Assembly (NCBI GenBank): GCA_963514005.1 | Contig: OY740798.1 | Location: 44,516,001 to 44,580,000, forward strand | Source of the DNA: Raja brachyura | Taxonomy: Eukaryota | Length of the DNA stretch: 64,000 bases | Direction: 5' to 3' | Part shown: positions 1-15,100 of the stretch, piece after piece | How the letters are laid out: the number at the start of each line of letters is the position of its first letter | How positions within the stretch are numbered: position 1 is the first letter of the stretch | The notes under the pieces: model-generated | Seen by the model: only the letters and a program-made list of their open reading frames with translations | The model's database searches: none | What the model was told of the DNA's origin: nothing | Made by a program: the position numbers and the translations under genes

Positions 1-4
1 ATAC

Positions 5-188
5 CACACTGTCCTTCAACGTTTCTCTCAAAGATCTGGCTGGGAAGGTCTATAGTAAAGCCCATGCCATCAAATGTAATAGTAACATTATAGGTAGTAA
101 TCTCAACCTTTTCCGTGATCCCTGAGGAACTGATTCTGACCCCATCATGGGAATAAGGTTGCATAATCTCTTCATCATTGACCAGGGC
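5..188 (-). CDS. Mucin exon: VWD4 second half (ALVNDEEIMQPYSHDGVRISSSG...FERNVEGQCG)
   Basis: Translated by hand; ttatgcag| acceptor, G|gtat donor at the window edge, 184 bp. Confidence 0.9.
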
Positions 189-3100
189 CTGCATAAGAAA
201 AGCAAGATGCTCCAGTTAGCTACTGTTTTATTTCTGTACTTCAGAAGCATGAGGAACATGTTGGCACCTGAGTCAGTCGAGAATCATGGAGCAGGTGGGG
301 ACCCCTAGGTCCGCGGTTGACGGTTATGGTCTATTGCTGTGTGGAGGCATTGCCTGGCAGATCACTGGTCGTGGGTTTCCTGAGCAACACTGGCCAACCC
401 TTCTCAATGAGCGGGGCAGCAGGAACTTTTCTCTGACTTTGGATGTTTCTCTGCCTTGAATCCAATCCTACCTTAATATCTGTTCAAATCCATTCTTGGC
501 CCCCCTTGAAAAACATATAGAACATGCAGCATCGAAACAGGCCTTTTGGCCCATGGTGACTATGCAGAAGTTGATACCAAGTTAAACTTATCTCTTTTGC
601 CTGTACATGTTCCACATTCCTCCATACCCTCTCTGTACATGTGCCTGTCTAAATAACACTTTTTAAATTTGGAAATATATTTTGTTAGAAGTAAGTACAA
701 TAGTGTGGTACTTGAGTACCTAATACATACATACATATTTCCATTCTTCGTTTTTTTGATTTAATAATAAAAGAACAGTGAGAGAAAAAATAAATAAAGA
801 GTGTCGGAATAGATAGACAAGCGAGTAGAAACAGATAGCAACATAAATAAAGGACATAGAAGAGAAGCTGAAAAGATTGAAATAGAAGGAGAAAGTAAAG
901 AAAAGAGAGATTAGGAGAGATCAACCTATTTCATATTTTTGCCCATCCGTCACCCGTCTAAATAACTGTTAAGTATCACTATTATATCTGCTTCCACCAC
1001 CTCACCGGTTAGCACATTACAGGCACCTACCCCCCTCTTTCTTGTAAATCTCATTTTAACTCTCCCCACTCACCTTAAAGCTATGTCCTCTTGTCTTTTA
1101 CATTTCCACCCTGAGAAATAATTCTCAGGGTGGAAACTACTCTATCCATAGCTTTCAGAATCTATATATTACTAAAACTCTCATCTTGTTTGTTTCTATG
1201 TCTGTCTGTGATGTCCTGAAATTATGCCTAAATGGTACACTATAGCACTACAATTGTTGGATCACCACACCCACCATCGTCCTGTGGTATGTTGTATCAA
1301 GTTTTGTTCAGATTGATGGTATATTTTACAAGTTATTCACATTTTAAGCTTTAAAAATGTAACTTTTCACTTGACTTCTCACTGTAAGAAATCCAATTCC
1401 ACTTGCTGCTCCTGCCCGTTACAAGGTTACAAATGACAAGGCACTGAGGGTCCTGTCATTTGTAACTTGTAATGGGCAGGGGCAGCAAGTGGAATTGGAT
1501 TTTTTTAAATGATATGTCAATTTTTTAATGTTTAAAAAGAGGGAGCGTGAAGAGGAGGGGGAGGGGGTGTTGGGGCGTGAGGGTAAATGAGCCACGTTGG
1601 GGGTTATTGGTGAGTGGTGGATTATTGCGTTGGTGGAGCGGGTTGTGTTGGGGGAACGAGTGAGAGGTGGAATATTGCGTTGGAGGAACAGGACCCAATG
1701 GATCCAACTTGGTTTAGTTTTATATATTTCTATCAGGGAGCACCACAGTCTGTGGGACGAGTTGAGTCGGCAACTTGGTATACATAGCTTTGGCATACTT
1801 GGTAGACATTAAGTCAACGGGGAATATAAAGTTGGTCAATAGATCTGTTTTTGTGCTAAAGAGCTCTATGACTGACATTGGAACCATTTTCCTTTTTTGC
1901 CTCCTTCCTCAGGTTTTTTCTTCTGTACATTTCTTCTATTTGATTGAGGCTTTGGTGAACTCTTCTCGATGGGGCATTTGCACACGATGGGAGTAAACAT
2001 TAAGTGCAGCAGGTAAATGACACCATCTTTACACATTGACTATTTTCATGCTGTCCGATCTGGCAAAAGTTCCAAAAGTGGACCGACAGTGACTTGGTCT
2101 TACCACTTGAGGGCACCCTGGGCCAGTGGGAGGATTGAAATGGTTAGGCAGACAAATCTTTGGCACACATATACACAATGGGATATTCCTAGTGTTCTGT
2201 TATTTCCAGGAGAGCATTGAGAACAGTGAGCCCAACACTGGTTTATTATTGTCATGTGCACTGGGATACTGAAACACATGCTATCTTATCATGGATGAAT
2301 GTATCAGCTAGTGCAAACAAGACAATAGAGTACAGAATATAATGTTGCAGCTACAGAGAATGCAGTTAAAAATAATGCATGGGCCACAATGGGATAGATT
2401 GGAAGATTGGAATACATCCTGGAATACAACCTTAGATTGAGAGGATCAGTGACATAGAGGCAAATTCACAGCCATCCCACCCATAACCCAATGGCTTTAT
2501 TTGCAATGGACTTTCATCATGGACTTAAATCCAAACTGGTGGGCGAAGTGTAGAAACACTTACCGTGGCCTTTATTGAGTTGTCGACAGCCACCCGAATC
2601 AATGTGATTATTGAAGATTTGTAGAATATTTTGAGAGCTATTGGCTGTGACGTTTCTGCCCCAATGTTGGCGTTGTCCAAGTAAACCTTGAAGTTTTCGA
2701 TCTTTTCTGTTATTTGCTTCACCACGATGTAAGTACATTTTCCTTTGAATGTGTAACTTGTTCCATCAAAAGTAATGTAATGGGAACCTCCCCATCCACT
2801 GCAGGAACCTGGAATATCAAAGGCAGATTCTGTTTCCAACAAAATATTTATTTAAGTTGAAAAAGCAAACTGGAAAATAAAAATAAAAACTATTACAAAA
2901 CCGGAGATATTGATCTGGTTTGACAGCGTCTATGGGGAGGAAGATAGGGTTAATAGTTCAGGTTCATGAACTTTTGTTAGTTCTTAATTAAAATGAAAAT
3001 ACTGTATATATTATTTTTTTTAAGCTAGAAGTCTAATCATTGTTTTTGGAAGAAAAATGTTTTCTACCAGGCCATTTTAAACTCAGGCCTAAATCAAAAT

Positions 3101-6100
3101 GGCATGCTACACTCTCCTAACACTACATCAGTTTGCAGTTGGTGAAATCTATGTCCATTTGCAAGGAATTACCTCCCGATTTCCCAAGAAATCCCCATAC
3201 CAAATATATTTTGCAAATAGTTAAATTAATATATATATTTTCATCTTACTAGGAATCAGCATATACCAGAAATTTGCATATTGTTCAAGTAGTTACATGA
3301 CCAATAACGTCCTCCCAATAATTGTTTTGAATTATTTCTTCTTGATGGTATCAATCACCGTTTGTTCAGCTAGATAATTCCCCAGAATCTTCTTTCCTCA
3401 CCAAGGATCATGTCGCTACTCTCTGTGGTTGGTATTGTGTATGTTCCACAACTCTTATTCTGTTGTCCTTATGTGAATATTTTTCTGTTTTTATAAAATC
3501 TGATAACACCCATCACACACAAACACAAAAAAAAACTTTCCATAAAAATTTTTGTTGCAGTTATGGTCCACTCGAGATTAGCTCCTGGACAGACTTATTG
3601 GATTGTGTCTTATTTTCAGGACTGAAGGGGAGAATGGCCTCTCATTTCTCCTCGTCCCCAGACCCTGACTGCTGATCTCTAATACTCGTGGAATCAAGCA
3701 GCACGGATGCAGGCCCTTTGGCCCAACTCATTTCTGCTGAGCATGATTCCCATCTAAGCTAGACACCTTTGCCTGAATCCAAGCTCTGCCAGAACTCAAT
3801 GAGTTGCCTCGACAAAAAAAAGTTGAAAAATAAAGCTGGCGTAATTCTGGTGGTGAGACCTGTTGGGATGATGTATTATCGACTCATCAATTAACACAGT
3901 GAAATAATGAACTGCACATTCCTTCAGCATGTTTCCTCCATCTTCCACCCATCCATTTAATCACATTTAATTTGGATAATGCATGCATTTCCACAATACT
4001 CACAGCTACATTTTTGCTGGTAGCAGCACTTGGATTTGTCATAAACCTTTCTGGGTTGCAGTCCATTTTGACAAACGATTGGTTTAACACTTGGACATTT
4101 CACTGACTTCACGGAAACAGTGTTATTCCCTTTGCATGTTGCCTTTGTGCAATTGTCCAGTTTCCAAGTCTCATTCATCTATGGTTCGTGGGGGGCAGGG
4201 GAAATGAACAATTGTAAGAAGTTAAGGCATTCACAGAATCCCTGAGGCTGGAGAAGGAGAAAACAACTACCACCCAACCAGACCTGAATCTCATTGTGCC
4301 AAGAACCCATTGAGATCTGAACCTTCAATTCCAATAAGGTCAGAAATAGTGCGGGGATGTGGCAGGGCAAAGAATCTCATGGGGATGGTTAAGAGACCTT
4401 CAATATATTATGGGGGTGTTCCCTTAAAATATCTATACCATTTAGACCCATAAATGTGACACAGGGATGAAAACCAATGAGCTCATTAGAGTCTTCTAAA
4501 GACATGTGTGATAAGTCTAATAGGTCAAGAAAACCAATCAGTTTAATCGAGGATGAACAAAAATTATTTGATAGGAAAAGGATGGCAAAACATGCTGATA
4601 TTTATCGGTTTTATTAAAATTGGATAACCCCCATCACCCATAAAAAACCCAGTTATGGTGCACTTGAGATGGGCTCTTGTGATGAGCTCCTTTGGTTTTG
4701 GGGGAGGTGGACCTCAATGATATTTTGAGAAGAGAGGGAAGCATTTACGTTTGTAAGGGAAATGACAGAAAAATAGAAAGAATATCATGGAAGGGTTACA
4801 TGGGGATTAGAAGGCCAGGGACAGCCAGGTAGGAGATATTCAGTAAAGAAGGGATAGGCGAGAAGCAATGAGCAGAGGGCCAGAATGTAGCTGGACATAT
4901 TTTATATCTCAGTAATCTGGGAATTCACTGGGTCGGGGGGAAACACTAAAACATGGGGTTTCATCGCATGCTGTGTCTGTTGCAGCAAAATCAAGAGCCT
5001 GAGCATCATATGTCACTGAGAGGCCCCTACAACATGTGGCTGGTAGACTGCACTGGTGCGGAATGCATAGAGGAAAGACTTTGGTTTGCCTTTGTCTGGG
5101 AATGAGTCCTGGTGGACTGTAGGTGAGGTGCGCCCCCTTCAGGTGAGGGTTGTCTACAGGTGGCTGGGGTGTTTGGGATTGGATGGCCTACCATAGCCTG
5201 GGTCGAGGGAGGAGGGACAAGGCTGCGGGGGGTGGGGGTGTACTTTCCTGGTCCATGGTGAAGGGGTTTGTATAGGGGCTGGCAGTAGGGCTGGCTGCCA
5301 GTTGTTATGTTGCTGGCTGGGAGAGGTGCTGTAAAGATTCATGAAGTAATGAGATTTTAGAGGACTCAGTGACTTGGGTTCCCAGCTGGTTGGGGAAGCA
5401 TCTCCTCACAGCAGCTGCAACAGCGGTAGATTGTTGACTTGCAGCGCCAGAGACCCGGGTTGGAACCTGACTACGGGTGCTGTCTGTACGAAGTTTGTAC
5501 CTTCTCCCCATGACCATGTGGGATTTCTCTTGGTGCTCCAGTTTCCACCCACACTCCAAAGATGTACAGGTTAGTAGGTTAATAGGCTTTGGTAAAGATT
5601 GTAATTTGTTTCCGGTGTGTAGGATAGTGTAAGTGTACGGGGTGTTTGCTGGTGGGTGCGGACTTGGTGGGCCGAAGGGCCTGTTTTGACGCTGTATCTC
5701 TAAAATTAAAAACTAAAAAAACGAATCGCCTTTTGGATAGGCACATGGAAGTGCAGGGAATAGACTTTGGATATGGATCATGTACAGGTAGATGAGAACA
5801 GTTTTATTTGGCTTCATGTTTCGGCACTAACATTGGGGCTGAAGAGCTTGTTCCAATGCTGTACTATTCTATGTTCTAAAGACCCCTGATGTCACGAGGA
5901 TACTCACAGCTCTCGGTGGGTGCAGGTCTGGGCAACCACTTGCTGGTACTGTTGTTGTTGGCGCTGATGTGGTTGGTAAAGTGGAAGTGGAGACTTCGCA
6001 TGGTACGGTGTGCTTCACAATCTCACACTTGGATGTACATAACCCAATGTAACACCAGCCGGCTTTATCACTGGTAAAGTAAATTTGCTCTCCTGGAAAG

Positions 6101-9100
6101 AAAAGAAAATGCGATCGCAGTAAGTCTTGACACGCTGCACAAATTCAGTATTTAGGTAAAAAATACACTTGCTAGTACTACATTTTTGGACAAACCATGG
6201 AAATGTAACATTGCCTCATGGGAAATGCACTATTTTATGGATTGCATCATGAGATTTAATTTGGCTTTTTTCTACCAAGAATCACACACACAGAAAATGA
6301 GAAATCTCACCTCTTCTTTAGGACAATTGTTCCCCTGGTTGCAGTGGGAAGAGATAAACCATTGCATTAGTTATATCATGGTCGGATATAACATGCAAAG
6401 GAGGGTTAAAAACAAACGTTACCCACATTTGTGAGGTCAGAACGGAAGGTTTTTAATAGTTGCTCTGTTTTCCAGGTGAACATTGCAATAGTAACTGTGC
6501 GCAGAGTAGAGTTGCTGCCTTACAGCGCTTGCATGCCAGAGACCCTGGTTCGATCCCAACTATGGGTGCTGTCTGTACGGAGTTTGTACGTTCTCTCTGT
6601 GACTGTGTGGGTTCTCTCTGAGATCTTCGGCTTCCTCCCACACTCCAAAGACGTACCGGTTTGTTGGTTAATTGACTACTTGGTATAAGTGAGAATTGTC
6701 CTTATTGTGTGTAGACTGTGTTGGTGCATGAGGACCAGTGTGGACTTGGTTGGCCGAAGGGCCTGTTTCCACGCCTTGTAGATTCTGTTGTATTGGGTAT
6801 AGCAATAGCAGCTGTTTTACATTTTTCCACATGTATAAAGACCTACAGAACTCGCTGCAGTCTGACCCAAAGGTCGAACAAATGTAATTCAGAAGTAAAA
6901 TAAATTCCACCTGCTGGAGTTATTGGCATAGATGGACACAAAATACTGGGGTTACTCTGTGGGACAAGCAGCATCTCTGGAGAGAAGGAATGGGCGATGT
7001 TTCGGGTCGAGACGCTCTTCAGACTGCGGGTCTGGGGAGAGGAAGACTAGAGAGATATGGAAGGGTAAGGTGTGAAAACTGCAGATCAAAGCAGACAATG
7101 CTCAAGGAAATGGAGAATGGTTCATTGTTAGCACAGGGGAAGATGACAACGAGGCATACAATCAGTGACATTAATCAGGAGGATAGTGAAACTAGTCAGA
7201 GCATAGATTGTCTCTGATTTGTAGTTTAAACACTAATAGAAAGGTTATATGTTTATAATTACAGAATGGTACAGTTGAAAAATGTGTGGTTGGATATGTA
7301 TTTTACTACATTTTGAAACCATTTTGCCAGCTTACACTATACTCTAATATTTCATTGGTTTGTATATTCTTCGGATTGAATTTGTTTTCGAATTGCACCA
7401 GAAGAATGGTTGAACAGATTTAATAAACATTGATTTGCTTTGTACCTGCAGCCATAATATATTATCCATTTGACAAGTGGGAATGTTTTTTAAAACAATG
7501 GTAGCAAGAGTTCCAGTAACAGGGAAATGGAATGATGGCAAGATGAATGAACCTTTGATATGTTATTGAAGGCTTGATTAGGGAAAATAGTAATGGCAGG
7601 TACGCCAACTGCAGTCAAGCGTTTTTCCTTGAGGAATATAGAGGGTATAGGAGAAACTGAGAACAAAAGGAGGTGATTCAATATTGTTAGTCTGAAGAAG
7701 GATCTCGACCCGAAACGTCACCTATTTCCTTTGCTCCATAGATGCTGTACATTCTTTACAAAAGGCCCTGTCCCACATTGCGAGTTCACCCAAGAGCTCT
7801 CCCAAGTTAAAAAAATAATCAAACTCGTGGTAAGTACGTGGAATGTACGTAGCGAGTATGTCGGAGCTCGTGGATGTCTCGTAGCGGCTCGTAATGCTAA
7901 CGGCAGGTACTCGGGAAACACGGAAACTCGTGACATTTTTTCCACAGTGTGAAAAATTACCAAGAGTAAAAAAATACTCGTGATGAGTTTGATTTTTTTT
8001 AACTCGGGAGAGTTCTTGGGTAAACTCGCATCATGGGACAGGCCCTAAAGAGGAGCACCAGCCACACCCTGTCTCCCTCTCCCATCGGGCAAAAGGTATA
8101 AAAGTGAAAATGCACACCTTCAGATTCAGGGACAGTTTCTTTCCAGCTGCTATCAGGCAACTGAAACATTCCAGTACAACTAGAGAACAGTCCTGAACGA
8201 TGAACCTCCTCATTGGTGACCCTCTGACTAACTTTGATTGGATTTTACTGGCTTTACCTTGCACTAAACGATCATGTATCTGTACACTGTGAATGGTTTG
8301 ATTGTAATCATGTTTTGTCTTTCTGCAAACTGGTTAGGACGCAACAAAAGCTTTTCACTGTACCTCGGTACAGGTGATAATATGTTGAACTGAAGAAGAA
8401 AAATTGGATATTTTAACAAGCCGCAGATATTTGTGTGAGTGAACAAAGTAAGTGCGCAGCAGCAAATGATCGGTACTGTGATTGCTTTGGTGGGAACACT
8501 AGGTTATGTACTGGTGTCAGTTTGGTGTCTGCGTCTCTATACCAGTTGATCAAGGGGAGATGTGGCCAAAATCAGGGGTCTGGGCTAACTTGGGCTAGTA
8601 GCACATGAAACAAGGAAGCCTGGGAACATCCTCGCACATTGGAAGATTAGGAAGTGGCACATTGATAAGAGGCCTGCTTCCACTGCTCTGGAACATGTGT
8701 GGAAGACCTGTGAAAGACATATACGTTTGTACCAACATTCGCATGGTGATTTGTACAAATTCACATGCTGAGCTTATACAGAGGTCAAACAAACACATTC
8801 ATGGACTGTGAAACAAACCATGTAAAGGACTGGACTATCACTTTAATGATTGATTTATACAGTCACATGTTATGAACAAGTGATACACTCACCTGCAGGT
8901 ATTATTTTCCCGTTGACTTTGCAGAAGCAGGGTGTTGAAGCTGTGGAACCGGGAGTTGTCATTTGCACTGTTGTGGTTCCAGCTCTACTGTGCTCGGTGG
9001 TTGGAGAGGTGTCATCGCATTTTCTTGTATATGTCACAATTTTGCAGCCCTCAGTGCACTGTGTGTATTTGCAGAGGCCTGATTTATCTTCGGAACTCAC

Positions 9101-12100
9101 AGTGGATTGTCCTGCATGTCAAAGCAACAGAAATTATGCTCGATCAATGTGTTAGTTGGATATAAAAATGACCAAGAGTCATATTTCAAGCAAAGAATAC
9201 ACTAGGAGTCACCACTCACTCCACAGAAACGACGTCACCACTACATTGCCACTGATATTATTAATTCCAAAGTGTTTCTTCAGCCCATACACTAGTTAGC
9301 TACTGTTAAACCCTGAGGATTTTTATGCTGTTTGCTGTCAAAATATATATAATATACAAAGGTATGTACAAATATGTATTGGGCAATTCCTTTGCAAAGT
9401 TTGTGGACTGCTGTTGAACTGTGTTTCCTTCATCAGGCAAGCTCTATGCAATGAGAAGAGGACATCACAAACTAGAAAGAGCAGTGGGTCATTGGCAATA
9501 TTGGATCCGCATCTCCATACAACATGAGATGAAGGCCCAAGGAACTGCAGATTTTGGTTTACAAAAAAAGACTCAAAGTGTTGGAGTAACTCAGCGGGTC
9601 AGGCAGAATCTCTGGAGAACATGGATATGTGACATTACGGGCCAGGAATCCTATTCAGATTGACTGTGGTGGGTTTTGGAGATGCGGATGTGTAGGCAAA
9701 GGTCAGAACGTGCAAGAGACGAGGACTGATGAGAAATGTCAGTGGAAGTGGGAGAGATAAGTCTGGATGAGGCACATGGGAGAGAGGGGGGGAAGAAAGT
9801 GGAAGTGGGGGGAGAAAGGGGAGGGTGGGCAATGTGGTGGAGGGGGGGGGGGGACCTTTTGTAGTTACCTAGATTTGGAGAATTTTAATATGAGTTGGTT
9901 GGTAGTTGGCTGCACCGTCATGAGTGTATCAGGAGTATCGGGTGTACACAACCTGATTTTCTCAGTCTCCAGGTCAGGCAACTGTGACATGTGCAGTTGT
10001 CTATAACTTTACTCTGTGTACTGTGGATTGTAAAGTTCTGAAGTACACAGGAAGATGTGAGACTACTACATCCAGCTCCAGCTCCAGCACATCTACAACA
10101 GAGTTCCAGTAATTCACCCCGCAAACCCTGACGTCTGGAATTGCTGTGTGTACCATGGACAAGTGTTTACTCCTGGTAAGTGCATTCATCGTCAACAATA
10201 ATTTACTAACTACCAAATCACCTCATTTCTACATCAGTCACACTCTCTCCCATATGTAGGTATCTACGGTTCCCACATTGGTCTCATTAGCTTGTTGAGC
10301 CCACAGATGCTGCTGAATGGGATTATATTATCTTTGACCCTGAGATTCTCCCACTGGCTAGTACCCCAATAATTTTACAACGGTGCGGCAAACTGAACTC
10401 CAGGAGCAATGAGTAGTGCCGTCATTCTGCATCGTCATGTCACAGAATAGCAGCAAATGTTGGCGCATTGATTGCACATTTCAATGCAGAATCCCAGCCG
10501 GTGATACCAATAGTTTCGCTGCCCTGCTTTACTCCCCTGGATAATACTCACAACTTAGTCACCGGACCATAGAATAGTGCAGTACAGGAACAGGCCATCA
10601 AGCCCATTATACAGTATGTGTTGAACATGATGCATACAGTTAAGACTGCAGAAAATACAATTTTGTTCAAACCAAGCTGTTTGAATGACAATAGAAGGCA
10701 TTCTATTCTATATTGAATGAACTTCAGCCTGCATCTGACAGATAAGTGGTGATTTCAGTGTATCCTCACTGTAAATGCAGCTATATTTGTAGTTTGTTGG
10801 AATGGTTGAGTCGGGCCAAGGACCTGTACAACACTCTGACTTTATGAATCTACAGTATGACAGATTTGTCATGTGTGTTAAGGTTTACCTTAATCTCCTG
10901 TTTAATTTTTGCACTGCAAGTTATTTGTTAACATTTTAAAAATCTTTTTAAATCAATTAATTTCTAATGTTAAATAATTGGGGTTGCTTACATCCAACAC
11001 CAAACAGCACTTCACATCAGAAAGAAGGAAGAGCATGCCGCAGAGATGCATACATCTTTGTGGGCAGCTTTCTTCAAGGTTAGCCCATTTCTGGCTCCTT
11101 TGCAAGCACAGAGCGTTCTCAGTCCTTTCCTTCAATTTATTCCACTCATACAAAAGTGGACTCTTCCGGATGACAAATGGCCTCATCCCAAAAAATCACC
11201 TATCCTTTCCCTCCACAGATGCTTCTCGACCTGTTAAATTACTCCTGCATTTGGTGTTTTGTTGGAACGTAATATCACAGAGTTTCACCTTCCCAGCCAA
11301 TCCCCATCTCTCAGATTTCTCCGTTTTAGATTTTGTTGCGTTTTATATCTGTCATTCATTTAGATAATATCCTTTCACCCAGACTGTCAGTCACTCTGCT
11401 GCTTTAGTCTAATCTTGCTCAAGTTGAAATAAAATGCAAAATGCTGGAGTAACTCAGTGGGACAGGCAGCAGCATCTCTGGAGAGAAGGAATTGGTGACG
11501 TTTCGGGTGTGAACATCTCTGAGAAGTTGTCTTAGTCTGAGGAAGGGTCTTAACCTAAAACATCGGCCATCCATGTTCTCCAGAGTAAAAGATGCCTCAC
11601 CCACCAAACCACACCAGCATGCTACGTCCTTTTAAGTCTTGGCTCTTGACTTGAACACAGTATAGGGATTCCCACAGCATGGATACAACACAATCAATCA
11701 ATTGTAGGTCAAATGGCAGCAATAGAAATCCCAATTTTGGAGCATTGTAGATTCCTATAAATGTCAAGAGGATGTGTCCCCCATTAGAAAGTCAGAGTTG
11801 TGGCCTCTGGGTAGGGAATAAGGTGAGAAAAACTTTCATAATGAATGATTAATGTCAATGATCCATTTCAAGGTACGAATCAGTTTGTTTCAGAAAATAA
11901 AAGAATTGAGGGAAATGCAGATGGGTCTGAAAAGTAGAGGTGACACTGAGGCTCAAAGACTTTCATGTGTGAAGGAACTGCAGATGCTGCTTTAAACTGA
12001 ACGTAGAACCAACATGCTGGAGTAACTCAGCGGGTCAGACAGCATCTCTGGAGACAAGGAATGGGTGAGGTTTTGGGTCAGGACCCTTTGTCAGACTCTC

Positions 12101-15100
12101 ATGACTTTCATGTTCTGCATCCCTTCCTCTTCACTCCTTACAGCCCTCTCCTTATATTACTAGCCTTTGTATAGCCTCTATGAGCCAATGCAAACCACCC
12201 TTGTCTGTATCCACCTATCACTTGCCAGGCTATGTTCTGCCCATCCGCAAATCCTTTTCTGTTACATCACCGACCGCATCATGGCTGCCTCCAGTGAGTT
12301 CATTAACTTTACCACCAACTTCCACCCTGCCCTCAAATTGTCCGACACCTCTCTGCTCTTTCTTGATCTCCCGGTCTCCATCACTACTTCTACCGACTCC
12401 AATGGTTACCTGGACTAACCTCTTCTTACCCTACCTCTTGCAAAGACGCTTTGCCCTACTTGCAATTTGTTCGTCTCCACCGCATCTACACCCAAGATGA
12501 GGCTTTCGTCCAGGACATCCAAGATGTCCTCATTCTTTTAGTAGACATGGTTTACCTGTGCTGTCACAGATGGATCACCCACCCACTTCTCCTCTGTGTC
12601 CTGTAGTTCTGCTCTCACTCCCTATCCCTCCAGACAGAACAAGGGTAGAATAAGCTTGTTCCTATCCTCGCACCCCACCAGCCTCCGCATCCAACACATC
12701 ATCCTCTGACATTTCCCTTACTTCTAACATGAACCCACCACCACACATCCTCCCATCGGCACCCCTTTCCGTCTTCCGTAGACAGCCATAGTGGTCTGGA
12801 TATTAAATGATATTGAGATGGAGGACAGGAAGGAGAACGAGAACCTCTTAATCTTGAGCCAAACCATACCCAATGTCAGCGAGACAAAAGAGATTGTGAT
12901 TGGCTTCAGGATGTGAAAAGTACACATAGCCCAACACATAGCCCAGTATATATTGATGCCGCTGAAGTACATATGGTCAAAAGCTTTAAGGTTTTAAGAA
13001 TAAATATCACCAAGAAATTGTCATGGAATAACCACATTGACGCAGTAGCCAAGAAAGAACATCAACTTCCTTAGAAGGCTTAGGATGTTTGACATGTCTC
13101 CAACAGCCCTCACCAGCCTCTATAGATGCGCCACAGACATTTTTTTTTGGCAACAGCTACATCCAAAACCACAATAGATTGCAGAGAATTGTGGATGTAG
13201 GCCAAACCATCATACAAACAAACTTCCTTTCTATGGACTCCACCTACAACAAGCTGACTTGGCAAGGCCAAGCTTAATCAAAGAGTAGTCTCACCCCAGC
13301 CACTTCCTCATCTCCCATCAGACAGAGGCGCAGATGTTTGAAACATACCTCCAGATTCAGGGAGTTTCTTCAAAGTAGTTATCAGGGAACTGAACCGTCC
13401 TCTCACCAGCTAGGTTGTGGTCTTGGCCTGCCATCTACATTATTAGAGATCTTTGAACTATCTTTAATCAGACTTTATCTTGCACTAAATTATATACCCT
13501 TTAACCTAAACTGTACACTGTGGAGGTTTGATGATAATCACGTCTAGTCTTTTTGCTGACCTTGGTACATTTGACAATAATAATCTAAACTACATCTAAT
13601 CGGAAAGGAATATAACCAACAAATATCTTGATCTATGTTTCTGAATGGGATTCGTGTATTTCACATGTGCAAAATGGTTGAGAGTGTTAATATCATTTTA
13701 CAGAGTAACCGTTAAGAATCAGGAGGTTCTGAAGAACATTGAGCAAACGGAAGGATGTGTCTTCATATCGTAGAATGCCAGGCAAGGCAGCCGCTGGTTG
13801 GCTGTATGCGTAGAGGAAATAGTGGAGAGGCTGGAAAATGCTTGAATAGTGTTTTCCGTTTGAGTTAATGTGGTCAAAGTGCTCAATTGCTCCAATGTGA
13901 CCACAGGCTTCTTCCTTGCACCCACTGAGCTCCATGAGCTAAACCCAACGAAATGTGAGGAGATGACTATTTCCCCAGAAGGTGCAAGGTCAGGCGTGTA
14001 CAATTAACTTTGGAAATGGATGGACATATATTTTCCAAGGAAAAGCAAGTGTGTGTAATTATTTTCCATCCATTGCCAATCAATGCTGTTGCAATTTTCG
14101 GCGTTGGGATTATGGATTACATCACAACCTGATGTTGCTGTTGAGGCCGACTTGAAACAATTTTATCCTGGAGCTCTACAGTTGCAAGCAAGACGCCTCT
14201 GACACGTTGAAACAATTAAAAACTCAAAAAAATTAATTCACTAGAAAATAAAGGTAGTATAGAAATACATTTGCACTATGTATTATCATGTTGAAATAAA
14301 GATTGGAGCAACATATTCACAATCTGAGGCATTTCTTGCATTCATCTTTAGATAGCAAGAGTAATTGCACAAAATCTCTTTTTTTGCAATGTGCATGGAA
14401 GAGGTCTCTGATAATTGACACACTTACCAGGTAACATTATTCGCCCGTCATTCTCACAGGTACATGTGGTAGTTCCTCTTGACGTTGGTGTTACTGTCAC
14501 TGTTGTAGCTGTTGTTGTGGATTCTGTTGCTGCAGTGGTTGTACTTTCACATTTTCCTGTGTACTTCAGAACTTCACAATCCTCAGTACACAGAGTAAAG
14601 TTACAGAGGCCTGATTTACCTGCAGAAGTCACAGTTGCCTGACCTGGTGGCAAAGAAAAGAAAATCAGGTTGTGTACACCTGAAGGTGATGTAACTGATG
14701 ACTATCTTTATGTTTGATGTTGAAGCTGAATTATTTCGGTTGTGCAGAATTGTTGACGAGGCTTTATTATAATTTCAAAGAATTTGTATCAAGTCTCAAG
14801 GAATTCTCAACCACAGCTGAGCAAAGACCAGTGTGTGATTTCATATTGTAGCTTGCGGCTGGCAGGCCTTGTAAAAGGATATTGCAGAGACAATGTAAAA
14901 GCTCGATACAGAAATCAGCAGAAGAGTGAGTGACAATTGCAGTAAGGTTGCTCTGTTGCGTAGTTGATTTTTGGGCAGAAATACTTTTTTTGGGGAGAGG
15001 CATGAACACAAAACATGGGGTCGGGTGGACGACACCATTTCCAGTATAAAAGTGTAGGTCCACACACGTGAGTAAACCTCTATGATCAATGTTGCTGCCA

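Noticed and set aside
4250-5350. Possible old L1/Tx1 fragment on - strand
   Set aside because: Only vague peptide resemblance; boundaries and family cannot be supported by eye
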